NCBI RefSeq assembly: GCF_000196355.1
Contig: NC_007614.1
Coordinates: 2,760,001-2,792,000, forward strand
Direction of reading: 5' to 3'
DNA from: Nitrosospira multiformis ATCC 25196
GTDB lineage: Bacteria > Pseudomonadota > Gammaproteobacteria > Burkholderiales > Nitrosomonadaceae
DNA: 32,000 bases
Both the position numbers and the translations under genes were made by a program. Under the pieces are notes generated by a model, which saw only the letters and a list, made by a program, of their open reading frames with translations, was not told the DNA's origin and made no database searches. This document shows, one piece after another, positions 10,967-20,627 of the stretch (position 1 is the first letter of the stretch; each line of letters opens with the position of its first letter).

Positions 10967-10979
10967 AACTTTTTGTCAA

Positions 10980-13799
10980 TCAAGAACACACGAGGGTCGC
11001 ATCCCCGGAATCGGCCACTGGAAAAACAAATTTCCAGCCTTGACCCTCGCGCTGCCCTTCCAGAGTGCCACCGGACCAATTGATATGGCACTCTCCTTCA
11101 GATGCGACCGTCATTTCTAATGGCGTATGCGCACGCATTCGAAAATTAACGCCCCCTGACATTTTCTGCCATTCGTCAATCTCCCCGTTGCTGTGGGATA
11201 AATAAGGAGATAAGGGAAGCTCGGGTGTCATATACAGCAGCACTTGACCATGATTAGGCAAAAGATGCACATATCGCCCTTGACTCGCATCACGGACCCC
11301 TACAATCCCCTCCGATCTTTCCAAATCGGGCCACCCTGTCGACACTGGCAGACGTAACGTGCGTAGTGTATTCAGCCCTCTAATATCCCAGGCACCATCG
11401 ACACGGCGAGACATTGTAAGATTGCGGAATTCATTTACCTTCTGACCGTACTCGCTGACCCAGACAGGTCGATGTTCCTGTTTAACAGTCCACTCATACA
11501 CGGATTTCAGCGCATTGATGGAATCCGTTTTACTTCCTGAATAAAAGTGATAATGAATATGCAATGGTTTCAAACGAAGGGGGCGGTCAGTGAGTTGCAT
11601 GGTTTCGACGACGCGACTAAATGCGTGAAAGGGACCTTGCCATCTGTTTGTATAAACATGCTCGCTCGCCATGGGGGCATATAACTGGAGCTGGTCATCC
11701 ATTACATAACCCAGGGGGGGCACACGTGTCACGGTTTTTTCATCATTGGAAATCGTCGCGCCGCCGCCATTCATGTTCTCCAACCCAAGTGAACGCGCTA
11801 AAGCTAGAGCCTCTCTGCTTGCCAGCCCGTCCCCGGTCCATAAGAAAACACGCGCCCGCTTGTTCTCAGGCGCCAAGGTGTTATTAATATATTCCACGGA
11901 TCCGGCGATTTCCCGATGCAAGTCAAATCCATATCCATCGACAGAAAGCTGATACTCATCTCCATCAGCATCAATAGTGTTCTTTGGAAACCATGCGGAA
12001 GGATGACTATAGGAATGACTTGCTATTTCAACATGGTTCAACTTGAAAATATCTTGTGCTATTTTCTCGGCCTCAGTTACCTTGTCTGAGGAGCCGCGGT
12101 TCGCCGTTTCTCCTTCAATTATGGAAACCGTAGAAGGCAGGTTATATTTTTGCAAGAATTGATCCTGGATGACTTTTATCGCCAACGGCGTTCCAGGTAT
12201 TTCTGCTTTATTCCCAGCCCCATCACCATCAATCTGTACCAGCAATAAACGCCGGCCATTCTCGGTCGTGACATCGGGTACGGGTATTCCTTTTACATCA
12301 AGAGCAGTGCTTAAAAACTCAAATGGATTGATGATCCATCGTTTCAGCCCCTGGTAACCAGCTTCTATCACATAAGGATGCAAGGCGGTCCCGCCCCAAT
12401 TCCCGGAAAATACTGCAACCACCGGCTCTTCCGATTGACCTGTAAAACTTAGATGCTTTTGAACACCATCTTCCAATACTTGCCAGGCAGTGAACCCCCG
12501 TGTCACTGGTTGAGGTTTCGCCTCATAACCAATAATTTTATCGCTCCCCCTGACCATAAGTGAGCCCTCCAGGGATTCCGACTGACTTAGTTCCACCCCT
12601 AGATGCTTTAAAAAAGCATTATCAGCTTTAAAACCTAAATTTCCGAGAATAACAACTTTTACCCCAGCCTCCATCTGCCGCAACAGCCAGTCTCTATAAA
12701 CCGCCGGGTGCAATAAAGCATCGTTGTTGAACCAGCTCACGATTCCGGCATATTGCCCTGTCAATAAATTGCCGGGTAATCCAGCATTCACGTCCAGATA
12801 ATCGAGTGTATAACCCAGATGTTCCAGTGGCATGGCTAGCAATTTATGGATATCCGTCTGCTGCAGCCCTTCCGGATATTCGTGCCCGTCATAGAGCGCC
12901 AAGATGCGTCTAGGGAATATCTCCACCTTGCCAATGCCGAAAATATCCAATGCGGGGTTTGCCACCCAGGGCGTAAAGCCCAGATCAGATATTTTTTTTG
13001 CGGTAGCTCGCGCTAAATCCTTCTGCTTTGGATCAACGTAATCAATAACGATTATTTGCAGTTCATACCGATCTCGTGCCTGCCATAACTTCTGTAAGAG
13101 CCAGTTACGATCCGGCTCAGCAACTTCCGTATATTCCAAATCGATCGGATCCCAGCGTTGGAATAGCGATTCGGCGGCTAATGCAACCGCATACTGGCCT
13201 ACATGCGGCAAGATATCGAAACCCCGGTTAAGTATAAGTTCAACTCCCGGGAAACGCTCATGTATACTTTTAATCAGATTGGATAATGCTTTTTCCTGGT
13301 TTAACCGGGCAGCAGGTTCAACCGCAACCCTCTGGTATGTCTCCAGTCCATCCAAAAAAAATCCACGATAACCTTGTTCCCATAACCGGGACAAATACTT
13401 GTCAAGAAGATAGTCATGCCATCCTTGCTGAGTCAGGTCGAGGATACTGCTTCCCCATTCTTTATTACTGCCAATAAACCAGCTTTGCGGGATCTCTGAA
13501 TACCAGCTTCGTGTCGCATGGACTTCTCCGACGCTGACGTAGGCAAATACCTTAGTTCCCTTGTCAAAAAGATAATCCACATTATCCATGTTCTCGGGTT
13601 CTACTATGACCTGCGTAAAATGTGAAAGTAGATCCACCGGGGCAGGTCGGCCGTAGAAAATCGCGGTACTCGCGTATGCGGGCAAGCAGATAGAGGATAA
13701 AAGCATGCTAGAGATGAGCCTTAAAAAAGCATAATGATTCCCGAAAGTCGACTGGTACTTCATCATTGGCGTTATCCCATTGATGACCGTCATGGGCAT
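10980..13799 (-). CDS. pelA: PelA-like bifunctional periplasmic glycoside hydrolase / polysaccharide deacetylase
   Basis: 939 aa with signal peptide ...LLSSICLPAYA/ST. The N-terminal TIM-barrel hydrolase-like region has GYRGFFLDGLETY and ELILNRGF. The C-terminal CE4-like region has VQIDGDGAG and EIASHSYSHP (the H-S/T-x-x-H metal motif). Length and domain order match P. aeruginosa PelA. The true start may be the ATG at 13793, which has better SD spacing. Confidence 0.88.
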   Translation of the reverse strand: MPMTVINGITPMMKYQSTFGNHYAFLRLISSMLLSSICLPAYASTAIFYGRPAPVDLLSHFTQVIVEPENMDNVDYLFDKGTKVFAYVSVGEVHATRSWYSEIPQSWFIGSNKEWGSSILDLTQQGWHDYLLDKYLSRLWEQGYRGFFLDGLETYQRVAVEPAARLNQEKALSNLIKSIHERFPGVELILNRGFDILPHVGQYAVALAAESLFQRWDPIDLEYTEVAEPDRNWLLQKLWQARDRYELQIIVIDYVDPKQKDLARATAKKISDLGFTPWVANPALDIFGIGKVEIFPRRILALYDGHEYPEGLQQTDIHKLLAMPLEHLGYTLDYLDVNAGLPGNLLTGQYAGIVSWFNNDALLHPAVYRDWLLRQMEAGVKVVILGNLGFKADNAFLKHLGVELSQSESLEGSLMVRGSDKIIGYEAKPQPVTRGFTAWQVLEDGVQKHLSFTGQSEEPVVAVFSGNWGGTALHPYVIEAGYQGLKRWIINPFEFLSTALDVKGIPVPDVTTENGRRLLLVQIDGDGAGNKAEIPGTPLAIKVIQDQFLQKYNLPSTVSIIEGETANRGSSDKVTEAEKIAQDIFKLNHVEIASHSYSHPSAWFPKNTIDADGDEYQLSVDGYGFDLHREIAGSVEYINNTLAPENKRARVFLWTGDGLASREALALARSLGLENMNGGGATISNDEKTVTRVPPLGYVMDDQLQLYAPMASEHVYTNRWQGPFHAFSRVVETMQLTDRPLRLKPLHIHYHFYSGSKTDSINALKSVYEWTVKQEHRPVWVSEYGQKVNEFRNLTMSRRVDGAWDIRGLNTLRTLRLPVSTGWPDLERSEGIVGVRDASQGRYVHLLPNHGQVLLYMTPELPLSPYLSHSNGEIDEWQKMSGGVNFRMRAHTPLEMTVASEGECHINWSGGTLEGQREGQGWKFVFPVADSGDATLVCS

Positions 13800-14109
13800 T
13801 TCCTGAAACCCATTTCCAGAATCCCCATCTCATATTCGGCTACGGCCAGTGACAGTTAATCAAACATACCTCTGCCGACTCGCCAAATTACCAGAGCATG
13901 AGCGAACTTGTCTTCAATTCATAATTATGGTTAACACCGTTTCTGCTTACCGCCATTACATCGCTATCCCAATAAATATAAATACGATCACCCTTTCGTC
14001 TCCGGATCTCAAATATCGGACTGCCTTTCATCAATCGATGGAACGTCGATGAAAATCACTCATTCCCGGGGTCTGTCAGTGATTATTTATATACGTAAGC
14101 ATAGTTGAT

Positions 14110-15477
14110 TTAACGCAGCATGAATGTTTCGTAAACCAGCCCATTAAGTCTTTTTGAAACGATGATCATCCCCACCAGGGTCGTTGTTACAACCGACAAG
14201 GCAAAACCGTAGCCATAAAATGCGGGCCCAAGGTATTGACTCAAAAGGGTGAATACAATGTTCGAGGTGACACATAGCAAACAGAGATACAAGGCATCTT
14301 TACGATAATCGAAATAAAATAATATGTTTAGAACAGCCAGCAATAATACTTGAACACCCACCGCAACAAGGTCAATATTTAACAGCATGCTATAGAAAGG
14401 CGATATTCCTACCCATTCAAGCAATTTTTCCCCTACTGCCAGCAATATAATGATGGTCATTCCTTGTACCTTAAAGATTTCAATAAATCCTCTCTGAATT
14501 GTCAGGACCATTTCTTCATAGATTTGTAAGATAGGCTTTAAGGGAGCGCCGCCATTAATAGCTGCATAAAACTTTGTGTACTGTTCTACAAAATCAGTCT
14601 CCATGCGCAGCAAAAATACCGCCATTCCCGGTATGATCGATAAATATGCAAGAAATATTGGAAGGTCATAAATTTGCGAGCCCCGGAGGGGCGAAATGAC
14701 CGCAACGCCGGTTTGAGGATTAAACCAGAAAATAAATTTGTCAACCCAAATAGCGAGGTTATAAAGAAAGCCGGTAATCGCTAGGCTCGGGAATATCTGA
14801 CTTCGCTGTAAAAAATCAAAGGCCATCAACTTATCCCTTGAATACGAGCGAAAAACCACAACCAGGAGCATAAACAATAAAATGGCATGCCCCAAAACAA
14901 AACCGGAAAGCAGTCCTTCCAGCCCAAATGCCTTCATTTCCATAGAAGCCAATACTGTTACGCCATAACCTACCAGAAAGGCTAACAAAACTGCACGGTA
15001 AGCCTTCAGCCCCGATAAAACGATCACTACAATCCAAATGGTAGAAAGGATAACCAGCCCGGCCAGCATCAATAAACGATATAGCACCGATCCGCTAAAC
15101 AGGTAAATCAGGGATAGAGCCGCAATCGTTCCGCTGACAATCACTACAATAAAAATGGCCCCTGTTAGGTTCGGTAAAACCTTTTCGTCCTGTTTTTCAT
15201 ACAACTTGTCAGCAATAAAGCGTGTGATCATCAGTTGCAAGGGACTGGTCAGAATCAAAGAAATCGCCATCAAATAAGTTATGGATATCTGAAACTGCTC
15301 AACATAATAAGGAGCGGTTGAGTTTTCCGTGTTGATGATGCCGATTAAGAGGATGCCAACAATCGACAATACCCATGGGCCAGAACCTATAATCCCCGCA
15401 AAACCATAAGCGAGCGTAAGCCCTGATAGAGTATCAGTGCCTGTCAGTTCACGTAGTCTAAACCCAATACCAGCCAT
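14110..15477 (-). CDS. pelG: PelG-like polytopic inner-membrane exopolysaccharide exporter
   Basis: 455 aa. MAGIGFRLRELTGTDTLSGLTLAYGFAGIIGSGPWVLSI is the characteristic PelG N-terminus. About 12 hydrophobic segments follow. Confidence 0.88.
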   Translation of the reverse strand: MAGIGFRLRELTGTDTLSGLTLAYGFAGIIGSGPWVLSIVGILLIGIINTENSTAPYYVEQFQISITYLMAISLILTSPLQLMITRFIADKLYEKQDEKVLPNLTGAIFIVVIVSGTIAALSLIYLFSGSVLYRLLMLAGLVILSTIWIVVIVLSGLKAYRAVLLAFLVGYGVTVLASMEMKAFGLEGLLSGFVLGHAILLFMLLVVVFRSYSRDKLMAFDFLQRSQIFPSLAITGFLYNLAIWVDKFIFWFNPQTGVAVISPLRGSQIYDLPIFLAYLSIIPGMAVFLLRMETDFVEQYTKFYAAINGGAPLKPILQIYEEMVLTIQRGFIEIFKVQGMTIIILLAVGEKLLEWVGISPFYSMLLNIDLVAVGVQVLLLAVLNILFYFDYRKDALYLCLLCVTSNIVFTLLSQYLGPAFYGYGFALSVVTTTLVGMIIVSKRLNGLVYETFMLR

Positions 15478-15714
15478 TATCGGAGCCCGCCCAGAACTCG
15501 GAGACTTTTGGTGTCAGGAATTGCAAAAACTCCAGAGGGCACATGCTGCATAGCCCACTTGCTATCATCTTCATGCCTGCCGAAGCGCCGAAAACTGGTT
15601 TGGGAAATTGGTAGGAGCGCAACATTTGTCGGAATTAACCGGACCTCAAGTTTAAAAAAGGGAGGGAAAAACAAACAAAGGGGCCCGGTCACGACCTTAC
15701 ACAGCTGGGATAAC

Positions 15715-17229
15715 TTATTGTGCTATCGCTTGGTCATAAATCTTCTTATAGCTGTCGAGCATTCTGGATTGCGTATAATATTTTTCAAATCGCTGAATAC
15801 CCGCTTTCTGTGCTGCATGCCAACGTTCCCCGTCTGTCAGCAATGTAATCACAGCAGCAGCGGTGGCTTCCGGATCCGCGATGGGCGTTACAATACCTGC
15901 GCATCCCAAAGCACGGTCCTCGTCGCTGGCCCCCTCGATGATTTCCCGACACGCACCCACATCGGTCGTCACGACCGGCAAACCGCTGCCAAAAGCTTCG
16001 AGCAGCACCAAAGGAAAGGCTTCGCTGATCGACGTCAGTACAAGCAACCCTAGACGAGGGAGCACGTTGCTGATTTGCTGGAACCCCAGAAAACGTACTT
16101 TTCCTTCCAGTCCCAGCTCCTGAATCAGACTTCTGCATTCCGCCACATATTCCTGATCTTCCTCTTCAGGTCCGATCAGCCAGCCTTGAGCTTCAGGAAG
16201 TTGAAGCACAACCGTACTCATGGCTCTAATAAAGGTTTTAATATCCTTTATCGGCACTATCCTTCCAAGCAATCCGACCACGAGTGGAATCTTTTCTGGC
16301 CGTTCCGCACGTATAGGAAGAAAACGCTGCATTTCCATTCCGTTAGGGATAACCTGAGTGCGGTCACCATCCGCACCATCGGCAATTTGGCGCCTCCTAT
16401 TATTTTCATAAAGGCTAATGATCGGATTTGAGGCTTGATAAATAAGGCGCCCAAGTGATTCAAAATATCTTATCCATAATAATTCCTGATATTGCATTCC
16501 CATATAAAGAGCATCGCTTAACGAATCACGATGTTCTTTAATGAAAAGGGACTGCAAGTCCACCTTTCTTTCCTTCGTATAGATGCCATGCTCCGTCAAA
16601 ATAAGCGGCCGCCCCGTTCTGTAATGCAGTAATATGCCAAGAAAACCTGCAAAGCCGGTCGAAACGGTATGAAATGCTTTCGTCTCAACAGAAAACTGAT
16701 TAGCCACCGAGGCAAGCATAAACAGTGGAGCGTGAGTCGCTTTGATTGCCCACAGGTAATGAATGAATGAATTCCCTGCGTTATATTTGTCGTAATACTC
16801 ACAAATGTGCTGCCAGGACGCATCACTATGGAAAAACTCCTCTGCAGTGAAGCCGGACGGCTGCCCCAAAGAAACCAAAAGGTTCTTTAGGACAACCTCA
16901 TCGAAACCCGAGCATGGATTCCGGAACCACTCATGGAGCTTTCCTGAACGCAGAATGTAGTCATTATTACCTTTGCAGCCCTTGGCTTTAGATAAAGAAA
17001 GACGCTCCCACAGATAGTGGCATTCCAGATGAACGACATTATCGGGCAGAACATATTTCAGTTCGCCATAATCACTCTTCCTGGATCCCAGAAAAACTAA
17101 AGAAAATGTGTACTGCGGCAACTCTGCGATAATCTGGTGCACCCAGCCCGAAACCCCACCCCTGATAAAAGGATAGGTGCCTTCCAGCAAGAGCGTGATA
17201 TCAGCATCTTTCTGTTGCTTCTGCATCAA
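15715..17229 (-). CDS. pelF: PelF-like cytoplasmic GT4 glycosyltransferase
   Basis: 504 aa. It has DITLLLEGTYPFIRGGVSGWVHQII (PelF N-terminal domain) and a C-terminal GT-B fold with the E-x7-E region (SISEAFPLVLLEAFGSGLPVVTTDVG). The stop/start overlaps pelE by 4 nt. Confidence 0.9.
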   Translation of the reverse strand: MMQKQQKDADITLLLEGTYPFIRGGVSGWVHQIIAELPQYTFSLVFLGSRKSDYGELKYVLPDNVVHLECHYLWERLSLSKAKGCKGNNDYILRSGKLHEWFRNPCSGFDEVVLKNLLVSLGQPSGFTAEEFFHSDASWQHICEYYDKYNAGNSFIHYLWAIKATHAPLFMLASVANQFSVETKAFHTVSTGFAGFLGILLHYRTGRPLILTEHGIYTKERKVDLQSLFIKEHRDSLSDALYMGMQYQELLWIRYFESLGRLIYQASNPIISLYENNRRRQIADGADGDRTQVIPNGMEMQRFLPIRAERPEKIPLVVGLLGRIVPIKDIKTFIRAMSTVVLQLPEAQGWLIGPEEEDQEYVAECRSLIQELGLEGKVRFLGFQQISNVLPRLGLLVLTSISEAFPLVLLEAFGSGLPVVTTDVGACREIIEGASDEDRALGCAGIVTPIADPEATAAAVITLLTDGERWHAAQKAGIQRFEKYYTQSRMLDSYKKIYDQAIAQ

Positions 17230-18245
17230 CCCTCTTTCTGCCAGAACCGTGCTGCGGTAGTCAAAAGGGGATAAGCTGCGGGAAGTTCTATCCCCGTCAT
17301 TAATTGTTTCACTTCATGATAATGGCGGGTATAAAAGGCTATCTCTGCGTAATAGGTCAGTAAGCCGACACACTCAATTCCGAAAATCTCGGCCTTTTTA
17401 AATTGTTCCAGGGCCTGCTGGTATTTTCCCAACTTCAGCAAAATTTGAGCATACTGGAAAATGAGCCCGGAATCCTGGGGAGAGTATCCGAGACCCATTT
17501 CAATGTATTTGTAGGCCATTCGGAGAACATGGTTTTTAGCTTCACCTTGGACCAGTCCGAGATGCGCCAATTCCCAATAGTCGTTTGCAATCTGCCGGCA
17601 CAATTGTTTTTTCTTTCTGGGGTTTTCTATATTTTCAAGATCCTGCTTGGATTTCTCGATGTGCTTGCTCAATCTGTACTCTTTACGATCTAATAAGGCA
17701 TAAGCAAGCAATCTGATATCGTCAATCGAGTCGGCCAGCGCTAAACGCAACAATGGTATTGCGTCCCTATCCTTAAGTTTCAATGTTGCGTACACAGCTT
17801 GCAGCCGTATTTCAGGATTTCTGGATCTGTATAGATCGTACAGGCTATGGGAGTTGACGGGCTGACCCCCTGTCACGCCAGCGTCAGAAGGAAGATCCCG
17901 AATCTTGTTTATGTTTATACACAAATTTGCGCTTTTTGGTTTTTTGGACGAAAAACCTACAAATGATAGAGCCAGAATCAGTCCTATCAATCCGAGGACA
18001 GGCAAATAAAAAACTATCACGAAGAAAAAAAGAGTTGCTCTGAGCGAAGTGTCTGCTTGGCCAGGAACAACAACCGTGGGAAAAATATAGGCGGCAACAG
18101 CGCTTGCAATAAAATGACAAAACAAGGCTGTGATCAGATTCTGCTCGGCTATGGAGGGACTGAAAAACAGTTGAAGACCATATATTTCAAGCCCTACGGC
18201 CATACCGAGTAGAATTAACTTAGACAGAATTATGAATATAGGCAT
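17226..18245 (-). CDS. pelE: PelE-like inner-membrane TPR protein
   Basis: 339 aa. N-terminal TM helices are followed by TPR-like helical repeats (LKLGKYQQALEQFKKAEIFG...). The position between pelD and pelF and the length fit PelE. Confidence 0.8.
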   Translation of the reverse strand: MPIFIILSKLILLGMAVGLEIYGLQLFFSPSIAEQNLITALFCHFIASAVAAYIFPTVVVPGQADTSLRATLFFFVIVFYLPVLGLIGLILALSFVGFSSKKPKSANLCININKIRDLPSDAGVTGGQPVNSHSLYDLYRSRNPEIRLQAVYATLKLKDRDAIPLLRLALADSIDDIRLLAYALLDRKEYRLSKHIEKSKQDLENIENPRKKKQLCRQIANDYWELAHLGLVQGEAKNHVLRMAYKYIEMGLGYSPQDSGLIFQYAQILLKLGKYQQALEQFKKAEIFGIECVGLLTYYAEIAFYTRHYHEVKQLMTGIELPAAYPLLTTAARFWQKEG

Positions 18246-19624
18246 TCTGACTCCCTGAATTCTTTGTAAATAAATTCGTTCTTACAAAACCGCTCTATCT
18301 CCAGTAAAACCTCTTCCGACGAGGTTTTGTTGTGTAAAATCCACATACAAACTCTGATATTGTCATCGCGAAAGCTGAAGGCTGTTCTATCGGGGCCCTC
18401 ACAAATCGCGTCCGCTGATGGCCTTGACAGCTCAATCCGATTTAAGAATTCATTAGCGCCAGTTACGTCCGTAGAAGGTAATAATATTAAAAACAGGGAG
18501 CGGTCATCTCTATCTTTGGCAATAAGAATTTCATCTACGCCCCGTAATTCGCTCTGAAACTTAACGAGAAATTCCCTCTGCAGTTCTTCAGTGTTGATAG
18601 TGACGGCAATTGCGACAGCAGTTGTCTTTAAGTATTTCAGTTCCCCGAGAATTCGGCGCAGCCGCGCTTCAAACGCTTTTCTACCATCATTGTCCTGAGA
18701 ATAAGATTCCGCTCGCCGTTTGATAAGATCCCCTATTTTTCCTCCCAAAACGGCGAGAAAATCCATAGTAGCTTCCTGAAATGCAAACAACGGCATTTCA
18801 CTCACAACGACCATCCCCCAGATTTTCTGATATACGTCCACTAACGGGATGGCCACAAGGGCTCCAGTGGCAGGCGCTGAATCGTTTCTTTCCACTTCAA
18901 TACTTGCAACATGGCCAGTACTGAGCGCTTCTCTTATTACAGAATCTGAGCTCGATAACGTGCGAGGCTGTCCTAAACGCGCAACAGGGTTAACATTGAT
19001 GTTTCGTTGTTCGTCTACTGCATAAATCCCCGCTGTCTGAACATTGGCATAGCTGGCAAGAATTTTAAGAATATCCTCCGAAATACCGGCTAGTGGCTCG
19101 CCCCTATTTTCTTCCAGAGACAAAATTTTCTTCTTCAGATCAAGTAAGGATAAACGCAAGCTTTTGGCCTGGCTTGCCAAATGCTGTTCCAATTGATAAT
19201 GAGAGCCTTTAATCAAATGGTATGAGCGGGCAAACTTGTCCATCCTTACCTTGAGATAATTGTATTGATGTTCTAAAAGCCGTATCTTACGGACCCATGA
19301 TTCACGAAACTCAGCCGTAATCACAGTGAGCAGCAACAACCCCGTAACCATTTCCTTAGGAAAAAAAGGAACTTGCGGCAATCTTAGAAAGAACCCAATG
19401 GAAATGACACTTATGAGCAATGCCGCGGAAGCAATTCCGCATGCGAACCCGTATTGAAGACCAATCAACAAAGGAGCAAGAATCAGCCAGGGAAACCGAT
19501 AGTCGACGAAAAAAGGATCAGACGGATCAACAGCATAACCAATTATTGGGAGCGACAATGAGACCGCGATTGATTCCAGCCATTTGTTTTGTAAAACGTT
19601 ACCCGGCATCATCGACTTTTCCAT
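18230..19624 (-). CDS. pelD: PelD-like c-di-GMP receptor (4 TM + GAF + degenerate GGDEF)
   Basis: 464 aa. Four N-terminal TM segments, then a central GAF-like region. The I-site RGVD (residues 361-364) lies exactly 5 residues before a degenerate GGDEF position reading KDRDD (370-374). This is the arrangement expected of PelD. Confidence 0.85.
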   Translation of the reverse strand: MEKSMMPGNVLQNKWLESIAVSLSLPIIGYAVDPSDPFFVDYRFPWLILAPLLIGLQYGFACGIASAALLISVISIGFFLRLPQVPFFPKEMVTGLLLLTVITAEFRESWVRKIRLLEHQYNYLKVRMDKFARSYHLIKGSHYQLEQHLASQAKSLRLSLLDLKKKILSLEENRGEPLAGISEDILKILASYANVQTAGIYAVDEQRNINVNPVARLGQPRTLSSSDSVIREALSTGHVASIEVERNDSAPATGALVAIPLVDVYQKIWGMVVVSEMPLFAFQEATMDFLAVLGGKIGDLIKRRAESYSQDNDGRKAFEARLRRILGELKYLKTTAVAIAVTINTEELQREFLVKFQSELRGVDEILIAKDRDDRSLFLILLPSTDVTGANEFLNRIELSRPSADAICEGPDRTAFSFRDDNIRVCMWILHNKTSSEEVLLEIERFCKNEFIYKEFRESECLYS

Positions 19625-19636
19625 TCGTCATGGAAA

Positions 19637-20206
19637 TCACGTTCCCGTGATTTCGATCCTTGAAGTCAACTCTCTAAGCAATTTTTGTGCGGTGCCACTG
19701 AGCGATCCTGTACTCCAACCTGATCGCGCTCCACTTGCAGACCAAACGACTTTGCCAGAAGGAATCTCTATAACCCGTATCGTCAGGCCCACAACCGGCT
19801 CGCTGCCAACCCCCAGTTTGTATTGCCATTCATCAACGCTTCCGGCAACCACATAAGAAACATCATCCTTAATAGCGGACACCAATGCTTTTTCCTGGCG
19901 TGTCCGGTCATCGAATTCAAGCCACCCCCTCTTGTCTGCATCCGACTGTTGGTACATTTCTATATTTGTAATCCCTCTGATTCTGAGGAATGTGGCCAGC
20001 ATTTCTTCCACTTGCTCGCCTACCCGCGGAGTCTGTGAATAATTTTGAAAAGGCAAAATCATCCAACGCTCGGAAGGAGAAAGTGAGGGACCTTTCTGTA
20101 TGTCAATTACTGAACAGGCAGTCAAAGAATTGAACAAAATAATAAAAACGAAAAATCTAAGTTTTGTATTAACAAAGCCCATGATTTTTTTGTTACTGAT
20201 AAACAT
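19637..20206 (-). CDS. pelC: PelC-like outer-membrane lipoprotein
   Basis: 189 aa. Lipobox FNSLTA-C at residues 26-31, AAGAGG SD 9 nt upstream, and a position immediately upstream of pelD. The start could instead be the internal Met9. Confidence 0.8.
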   Translation of the reverse strand: MFISNKKIMGFVNTKLRFFVFIILFNSLTACSVIDIQKGPSLSPSERWMILPFQNYSQTPRVGEQVEEMLATFLRIRGITNIEMYQQSDADKRGWLEFDDRTRQEKALVSAIKDDVSYVVAGSVDEWQYKLGVGSEPVVGLTIRVIEIPSGKVVWSASGARSGWSTGSLSGTAQKLLRELTSRIEITGT

Positions 20207-20315
20207 AAACGAGACCTCTTTTTCTAATTAATTAATGGTCACTTTCTTATAGATTTGGTCCTATACAAGCGATGCAAAGCGACGTATTGCGACCGCTAAC
20301 TTGTCTAGCCTATTA

Positions 20316-20452
20316 GAGAGAGCGCCTGCTCTCTCAACCGTTCCGGAACGGGTTACCGCCAGTTTTCCAGCCCTGACAATGGGTACCGCTTTGAGTAGAT
20401 CCATATTACAAAGACTTCTGGAGCTCGCTATGTGCGCTATTTCACATAGCGA
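20316..20452. other. Cluster of perfect hairpins/palindromes in the long pelC upstream region
   Basis: GAGAGAGC-gcct-GCTCTCTC (20316..20335). The near-palindrome AACCGTTCCGGAACGGGTT (20336..20354) with a perfect 12-nt core CGTTCCGGAACG. A 10-bp stem TCGCTATGTG-N8-CACATAGCGA (20425..20452). All lie inside the mutually overlapping track ORFs 20261..20485(-) and 20301..20570(+), which I do not believe are genes. Confidence 0.5.
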
Positions 20453-20627
20453 AATCTTATTTCCTACAGCAATGCACGCTCCCACCAGAAAGGTGTATAG
20501 CTATTCCCGCATGTTTACGAATAACGGGCGGGATTGGAGCGTGATTTTCTGTATCTTGAATATCCTTTAGTACCATCAATTGAATGATGGCCGTCCTCGC
20601 TTTCTGCTGTGGGAATTGAAGAAAGCA

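Noticed and set aside
13888-14031. 47-codon minus-strand ORF between pelG and pelA
   Set aside because: It is short, has no SD and I recognise no family. It is mentioned in a finding but not annotated as a CDS.
15477-15692. 71-aa minus-strand ORF filling the pelF-pelG gap
   Set aside because: There is no SD and the sequence is Pro/Phe/Arg-rich with no motif or TM pattern. I kept the gap as an observation, not as a gene.
20261-20570. 74-aa (minus) and 89-aa (plus) ORFs upstream of pelC
   Set aside because: They overlap each other on opposite strands and have no SD. They also contain three perfect hairpins or palindromes, so the region is treated as non-coding.
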